From: Candidatus Omnitrophota bacterium
GTDB taxonomy: Bacteria > Omnitrophota > Omnitrophia > Omnitrophales > Aquincolibacteriaceae
DNA length: 64,000 nucleotides
Direction: 5' to 3'
NCBI GenBank assembly: GCA_016930235.1
Contig: JAFGHI010000010.1
Span: 250-64,249 of the forward strand
A program made the translations under genes and the position numbers. Shown piece by piece: positions 42,901 through 51,900 of the stretch; position 1 is the first letter of the stretch; every line of letters starts with the position of its first letter. Below the pieces are notes generated by a model. That model searched no databases. It was not told the origin of the DNA and saw only the letters and a list, made by a program, of their open reading frames with translations.

Positions 42901-45900
42901 GATTATAAGCAGCAACCTGAGCCTGAAAAAAAACCATCAGCTGCATTTTGCCGAATTCCCGAAACTGTTTGAACAAGTCTCCATAATGTGGGTGAGTGCC
43001 TTCCTTATCCAAATAGAAACGAACACCCAAACGGTTGCGCCCTTCTTCTAAGGGGATCTCTAAAATCCTTCTCACCTCATCTGGTTTTCTCCCTTCGGTA
43101 AGGATCTTCGGGCGTTTGTCCATCTGAACATCAAAAATTCTCACAATAAAAGGCCGCCTTACCTGGAAAAAAGGCTGCATGAGAATCCCTTGGATTGTCT
43201 GTGCGAATCGGACCCGGTCATTTTCAATCCCCTGCCATCCGGGATGGGCCGCCAATTGCTCGGTTCGAAAAAGTCCGACACCCTTTCCACCGTGACGCTC
43301 AACAATCGACCGCAGTTCGGCCCGCCTCTGAAAATCCTCAGGTTTCGTATCATCCACATAAAATAAAATCTCCCGACCCGCAAAGAAAACCGGCTCATCG
43401 GCCCGGGCAAGAAAAAAGGCATCTAAATCAGCATAACTTTCCCTCCTTGCAAACCATGTATCCCGCGTTTGGTAATCAGGTCTCAACACAACGAACCCCT
43501 CACGGCCATCAGCCATGGCCCAACCCTGAAGTGTTTCCTTGGAAAATTCTAACCCGGCAGCTTCAAAATCTGCAGCCGGTATCACTACAATCCCCAAATC
43601 CCGGGCGAAGGTCACCCAATGTGACAAGCTTGTGCCACCCGGGCTCACAATCGCAACAACCCTTCCGTGACCACGCAAAGAACTCAAAAGATGGTAAAGA
43701 TCCCGCTCATTCTCAATAGTCTTCGCGAACACCACCAAATCACGATCGACTTGTTGGGTTGGGCCAAAGCGTGCACGGTCGTAATAACGCATGAGAAATT
43801 CAAGCGCCTCAGGTTCAACATCGTTGACACGCCTGCCCTCACCGCCCCTATTATCCGCATAAGCATTGAACATAGGGATCATGGTTTCCTGAAAATAACT
43901 GATGATGCCAGCTTGAAAAGGATCGTCTGGCTGAATTCTCTCCCATTGGCCACTGCGTATCTCATCCAAAACATTCTGAAAAACCTCTGCGGCATGCTGC
44001 CGGTTCTCACGAACCCGCCGTGAGATCTCGTCAAAAATCATCCGCAAAATCTCCTCAACGGCATGCTGCTGCTCCTCGCCAACCCATTGCCTGATCTGCG
44101 TGACAACTCCCGGAGGGAGGAATTCCATTTCAGCGGGCACCTCCCCTTCAAGGGGCATCTCTAACACTATTTTTTTATGTCCCTCCCAGAATCTTTCCAG
44201 GACTCCAGCCTCATTTTCAAACGTCTGTTGGGCCCTTAAATCCATAAAATGGCGCATATAGAACAATGCCGTGAGATATTCGATAGACCGGCCGGTTTTT
44301 AAAATATCCTGGCGTACCTGAAAGTCAAATCTCTTCACCCATGCTTTCCATTTTTCGATGTTTGTATGTGCCTCTTCATGCAAGGTCCGATCAACGGCTG
44401 CAATGCTGGCTTCGTCTTCTTTCTTTTTAACCATCGCGCTGATTCTCTTTTGAATTTCCGCCTCATAAGATGCCGTAATGGCATCTAGAAATTGATCCAG
44501 AACATCAACCATAACCTCTTCGTGCCGGCGAACTTCCTCTTCTTTTTTTACCTGAACTTCTTCCTCAAGATCACTCATCTCAAAAATATAGTCATACGTA
44601 TCCAAATCTTCTTGGATGCTTTCAACATACCCTCGAAGCTCTTCATTCACTTGAATCATGCGTTTAAAAAGTTCACCACTGGGTAAATTACGGAAATTTG
44701 CAATATGTGCGTTGAGAAGGTCAATAATAATTTGAAGGGCTTTTTGAGGCGTTTTCCCCTTATCAAGGTGGTAAGCCAAGCGCTCAAAGACATCCATCTT
44801 GATCGTCTTAGGCCTGCCATGTTCATCGATTGTCATACCATAGACTGTATTATCAGCAAACATCCTACGCCTCGTATAGGAAGCTTCTTTCTGACCGTCC
44901 GCAAGCTTAGAATCGTCTGTATTCAAACCAAAAGGCAAATTCAGGAACAAATCAAATACTTTGGTCATCAACCGGTCTTTGGCGGTTTGGATTAAGACTT
45001 CGCGGACTTTTTTATTATGATCCTCGTCGGGTAAATGGATAAAATCCTCCCGATTGACAAGGGCAGGGATCACCGACCCCTGAATAAAACCCATGGCATA
45101 TACCGTCGTCGGGGCAGGAGCCGTTTGTTCTGCCAACTCCCGTTTCATTTCGTCAAGCATTTGCCTTAAGACTTCATCACTTCGGCTCTCTTGATGGCGG
45201 ACCCGATAAATAGCCTCTTCAAGAAGAAGCCCTAAAACTTCTTGCATTTGTTCCCCTAAAGACATCTGGCGCTCACTCTCATCCAAAACGCGCCGCCAAA
45301 TATTTGTTAATGCATGGACTTCATTTTCAACCTTTTGGGCAGCTTCCCGTGGCGTATCAAAAGGGCGGACAAGCGAGAAATTCACGCGCTTGGCTTCCCT
45401 TTCCCAAGTAACTATTTCACCCGAGGCAATAACATTCATCGCCGGCGAGGATCCCCGAAGGATCAGATTGTTAGGTCCTGTTCGAAGCTCGGAGCGTTGT
45501 GATTTAGATTCCGCCTGCACCGGGACTGACGGGACATCGACATAACGTTGATGGATAGCAAACTGCTGGAGGTGATGTATCAAAAGTTCGATTCTCCACC
45601 GCCAAGAACGGATGACTTGATAAGACAGCGTTACGGCAATCGCTGCCATCAGGGTTAGAACCGAACAGGACAAAGCAAAAGGAATATTCCCTTCATCCCA
45701 AGAAATTGCCACACGAATTAAAAAAACAATGCCTGCCATAGCCGTCATACTTCCCACTAAGAACCAACGAAATCCGGCCGCAAAAATCGAATTATACAGC
45801 ATGTCTTCATCCAACACGTCGACCACTTCTTGAATTCTTTCTTGGATATTCAAATCTTCATCCTCCAGAATTTCTGTGATTTCAGCATCATTGGATAGGC

Positions 45901-48900
45901 GCAACCACAAATCCCGATAAACGGGATTGTTGATTTTTTGATCGAGCCAACCCGCAAATTCCCCGCGAAGACCTGTGAGATCTTCATCGCGAAATTCTGA
46001 ACGCAAGTTAACACCGGCGGCATCATCACCCGCCCATCTCAACATGGGCTCACCTGATTTCCTTTGTGCAATTTCAAGCCCCCCATTCCCCCAAGTAAAG
46101 AAAATCCCTTTCCACCACAAAGCAAGAGAAGAAACCAAAGCGAAATCCGCAAGAGCACTCGTTAAAAGATTATTCGATGAAGGATACTCCCGGACTTTTT
46201 CGATATCCCCGATTGCAAAACCTCCGCGCTTTAATAAATCCCGCTTAATCGAATTAACTTGGTAAATTTCTCTCCGTCCCTGAAACTCTTCACCTGGAGC
46301 AGGAGATCTCTTGATATCCTCGTAGTAATAATTCGGCGCTTTCTCTAAGGTCAAATCCAATCCGCCATTTTCGGCAATGGCTTTCTGTAATTCCATGGGA
46401 AGCGAAGATAATTCCTCAATCTGTTCACCGCCCAAAAAGTAAACTGTCCGAAGTTTCTCCCGACCTTCCTCCGGATGCCGCCACACAAAAGATATTGTCC
46501 AACGGTCCCTACCAAGCTCTAAGCGGTTAATCGTATAATCACGCACACCTAGTTCTTCTAAACTCATTAAGAAAAGGGTGCGAATATTGATGCCCAGAAA
46601 ACTCATTGTCAAGATGCCGTGAACGCCGCCCTCATCAACTCGCGATGCATGAACTCGTTCCCGTAAAAGGGGCTGATATTCCTCCCCTTCCTCAGAAACC
46701 TTCTCACCGAAGGTAGCCTGATCACTCATGATAAGCTGCGTTGCGTTCGTCGTAAAAAGAGCACGAATAACATCGAATCCCGAATTAAAATACCAGGCAA
46801 ATTTTTCTTCATTCTTCCGGTTGACCTTGGAGCGAATGGCATCCAAAAATTCATATTCACTAACCCGCATCCACTCGCTGTAGTCATGGGCGCGTCCTTC
46901 ATGGATCCAAGCCGCATCCGAAGTAATGGCCGGCTCCGCCCGCGCAGGCTTTCTTAACTCCGAACGGCCGAGAGATTTGCCGGCCACCGCCGGAACTTTC
47001 GTCTTCTGAATCTGCCGAGCGACAAGATTCCAGACCGTAAATTCATCGAGTTCAGATGTAAAAATTATCCGACGGCCGCCGTCGAAAACCAAAGGTTCAG
47101 CGGCCTTAAGCAAATAAGTGTTGTTGGCAACAACGTTGCGGACGGCCCGGATGTACCCCATAAAATGATCACTCCTCGCAGCAGATTGGGCTTGAGGGCT
47201 GCTGTTATAATAATTAGCCCAATAAAGAATTTGATCATTGTTCCCCTTTGGGAGCGGCACCGGGATAAGAAGGTACTTGATCCGCGCAAGAAAGACTGCG
47301 GCGGCGGGATGAACTTTTAAATACTCTTGGAAGTCGCGGGAACTTGCTTCTTGGCCGGACGCAAACCACCTGAGTGTTACCTCATCGACATCATAAAAAA
47401 TAGGCATGGCCATGGCGGTCCAGTCCTCACGCCCCAAAACCCGACTCAAGAGATATTCCGCCGATCCAGGTTCACCTCCATAGAATTCGTCGGTCTGCAA
47501 TTGATCGGACTCCACCACAAGGGTCCGGGTCAAAAGTTTTTGGATATTCTCCCGGTATTCGGGTGATTCCTCTGAATCCGTCAACGCCAGAACAGCATCG
47601 ACGATTTGAACAAGCGGAATGAGACGGGTTTCAAAGTCTAGTGCGTTTTTATCGATCTGAAGGCGGAGATTTTGATCCATCGGCGTAAGGGCAGTGACAT
47701 GTTCTTCTAAAGGCTGCTCTTCTTGAGGAGAAACTTCTAATGGAATTTCAAACGGTTTCGTAACAGCTGGCGTTTGCGGCACTACCGTTACGTCTGCTGG
47801 AGCTCCAGCCTCAAGAGGAGCCTGATCTAAGGGAGCAATAATGATGGAAGAGGGTTCTTTGACCGTACCCGCTGCAACTCTCGAAATTTGCCTATCGATG
47901 ACCAACACAAATCCAAACGCAAGAACCGCCAACATATATCCCGTGAATATATCGAAAACACGTTTCCCCGAACGATAAAACCAGTTCGTTCCCAATAGAA
48001 GAATTCCGCTCCCCGCAGCAAGAACGAAAACCGCCAGCAAAGGAACACCGAGATGGTGTCCAAAACGGACGATCATCGCCGAAGCCATCGTGAGTGAAAG
48101 AACCGTCATCAAACTTGATACTAAAAAATGTCGAACATTTTCCCAATCAATGATTCGCTTTAGCATCCTGAACTGGTCCGCTCTAAGTTCCGAACGTTCA
48201 CTTGTCTCAAGAGAAGACGTCTTTTCGATTTCTTGACGGACAAGACGCCAAACTTCGAATTCTTCAAGATCGCGCGGCAAAACCGCAATTCCATCGATCT
48301 CGATGGGTTGAGTTACGCTTAACGGATAACTCTTCCCCGCCACCTTTGCGCGGGCCGCTTTAATAATTGCGCCAAAGTTATCCACTTTGGCCGCCCGTTT
48401 AGCTTTTGGACTTCCGTTGTAGTAGATGGCCCAATAAAGAATTTGTTCATTTTCACCAAAAGGAATGGGCGAGCGAAAAAGCCGATATTTGACCCGAGCT
48501 AAAAAGATTGAAGCTGCAGGATGGGTGCGCAGATATTCTCTCAATTCCCGTGAACTTTTGTCCTTGCTCGACGCAAATCGCCGGATCGTCGTTTCATCCA
48601 CATCATAAAAAACACGTTGGACAATAGCCTTCCAATCCGCCCGCTGTAAAATCCGGGTCAAAAGATATTCCGCCGTTCCGGACCCGTCTCCGATATTAAC
48701 TTCAACGTTGGCCACACCCGCCCCGGGGCCTCCCCGATATTGTTCGTCGGCCCGCAGTTGATCCGATTCCACCACAACGGTTCGGGTAAGAAGCTTACGG
48801 ACATTTTCCCGGTATTCCGGCGATTTATCGGAATCTATGAGTGCTACAATTGCGTCAACAATCTTAACGAGAGGAATCAAGCGGGTTTCAAAATTCTTGG

Positions 48901-51900
48901 CGTTTTTATCGATTATAAGGCGGAGGTATTCATCAATCTGTTCATCGGTGAGAGCCGCCTTTCCAATACTGCTCTGCTCCCCTTGCAGAACCCGCTTTAC
49001 GGCTTCAATCACATTCGGTTCGGGAATATCACGAATGGGGGCAACGGGTGCTGCTTTTTCAATGGAGGCAGGTGCTATTTCCGGAGGAGGCCTCGGGGCT
49101 TCAGGCGTAGTTGTTCGGCTTATTCCGACTTCCTGTCGAGCTTGGACATCCCTAACATCCTTCATATGCAGGAACGATACGACTCCAAAGGTGAGAACAA
49201 AACTTAAAAGGCCTACCATGATATTCGAAAAGCGCTCACCCAATTTGAGTTTCCTGCCGGTAAAATAAAGGAAATACGCAAAACCGGCCAAAAGGAAAAA
49301 AACAGCCGCCGGAGAAACTCCCAAGTCGTATATGGCTGGAATACCCAAGACCGGCACACCGAATAAAACAGATAAATCAAAAACCAAAGACGCCAGGTAT
49401 TTCGTCAGCCGGATATCCCATGATTCTTTTTTAGCGATTGCTTTTTCCGCCCGCAGCTCGGATCTCTGTAATGGTCCAAAAATCGCATCAACTTTTTCCC
49501 TTATAACACCGGCATAAGCAAATGCCTGGAATTGATCAAATACCCCCAATCGTTTCGCCGCGTTATAAGCCGGCACATGCACTTTACCCACCTTGTCACT
49601 TACAAGTATGAGAAACATTTCTTGTTGATACATAAAAGCAGAGCCTTTAAAAATTTTAGCCATGAGAACAGCGCCCACCATAAAATCGCCCCAAAGCTCT
49701 CCCCATTGGACCACAACCTCGGGAGTAATTGCTTCATCCGTAAAAATAGCCTCCATCAAATCCATAGCACCTGAAAGCTTTCCTAAAACCTCAACGGACC
49801 AACTATAATCTAGCGCCTGCGCTCTTAGGGCCTCATTGTCAGAAGCAAGGGAGTAATTCATCAACATCAAAAGGGTATTAGCCGCACTGACTCGAATTAG
49901 CGGCATTGCAGTTCCATCCCCTACGAGATCACGCAAATCATTCATCACCTGAAGCGCATCCATACCACTTTGACTTAAAGCCAAACCTCTGCCGGTCAAT
50001 TCACGCAAGGCATCTTGCCGCGCCTTCACATCGATACCCTTGTTTTTCGCATTCGCAAGCAAATCCTGAATCTCCGCCCGCAGTTCGGAGCGGGTATCTG
50101 CGGAAACTGCTTCTACTTCTCCTCGGCGCAGTTTGCCTTCATAAATCAAAACACGGGCTTGGAGAGGATTTAATCGATGAATTGCATCAAGGGCTTTGGG
50201 TAAAATATCAAGCCATTGGAGCGTTTTTCCGGCCCTCTTGATGCTAATTCGTCGCTCATAGAGTTTGGCATCCGGCCATGTCTCCCACTCGGCAATCCTT
50301 TCCAACGTATCCTGCACCCACATCTCGGGATTAAAACCAAAAATTAAACTCTCCGTTTGTTCTTCAATTTCGTTACGCGATAATTCCATAGCAGCTTGGA
50401 TTCGACCTTGGAGGCGTTCCTCAATGGATTGGATTTCGATCACGGCTGCATCCACATTTGGGTTCATCGCATAGATACTCCCTCCCAAAATATTGGTAAC
50501 TTGGACAAGATTGATCTGTAATCTTTGTAAACTTGTAAGCTCCCTGACGTCATCATCACGGACATCCCCTTCAAGATGAGTCCCTAAGACACGCAGCTGA
50601 ACCAAGACATCCGGCAGAAGAGCCCCGTTTAACTGATCGATTCTTTCTGCAATCGCCGCACCCTCTGTAAGCTCCTGCTCGAGAACCCGTTGAAGCCGGT
50701 CAATAGCCACATCCGCATTGATCAATGCAAGAAAATAATCGTTGATAAGCGATTGCCTTAATTCTGAACGGCCCGACACAAGCACCGACTCACGCATCCT
50801 GGCTTCAACCATCAAGTTGCGCAGTGTTTGCTCTAATTGTTTAACTTCCGCCGGGTCTTTAGAATCAAGATACGGCATCATCAATTCCGAAAGCTGGACC
50901 ATGCGGTAAATCGCAAAAAGAAGATCTGGCATATCCATCTCTTGGATGGCCTGTTTTGAAGGTAATCGCGTTACTGCCTCTTGAATAACGGACTTCTCGA
51001 TTGGCTTATCATCACCAATGTTGGCCACTGCTTTGATCTGCTCAAGCCAAAGGTCCAGGACTCCTCTCACATTATCCAAGATCGCTATTTTCTCCTCGAA
51101 AGCAGGCTCTCTTTGATAAAAGCTCATCTTTGTAAGATCACTCAATGCTAAATTAAACTGGCTTATCTTTCCGGACAGTCTTCGCAAAAACCAGTAAAGA
51201 GCACCCGCGTCAACAACGTCTCCTTGTATCCCGTCCCACAAAAGATTCATGACAAGCACGATTGATTGAATCACCCCGTGCAACCGGGTCTCTGTTAGCT
51301 CTTTCTGGTATTGCCGGGCCTCCTCATCCATGATGATCTTCTCCCCGATTGCCTTGTCAGCCAAAGTGAGCTCCTCCCCGATGATCTTCATGGTTTCTAA
51401 ACCGTTTACCACAAATGCTCTCCGACTTTCCGTCTGACTGAGATCAATCGCCGATGCCCCCTTGTCAACGGACATAAAACCTTGCTTCTGAAACTGAAGA
51501 ATCCTCAACGAGAGAACCCTCGAACGAAGCTTCGCGGCGTAGCTTCCGATAATTTCCATCTTTGCCTTAAGGGCTGCACTCGTCGCCCCTAAAGGCATCC
51601 GTGAGCCTCTGGATAGAGTTTCCAGGCACATAATCAACCCCTCAAATCCTTCAATCAACGGAATTTCACTTTCATGAACCGGAACCGGCGGTTCCCCTAA
51701 AAGTTGGTCAAAAACACTCAAAGCATCCAGAACACGAGTCAGATGCGGCTCAAACATACCCTGTAACATCTGCAGGATGAGCGGATCGCTTAGATTCTGC
51801 CGGCTAAAAGACATCGTCGCATCTAACGCTAATCGCGAGGATGAAAGTGCTCTCGCTAAATGCCGGGCCATTTGCTGGCTCGTCATACTCCGCAGTTCAG

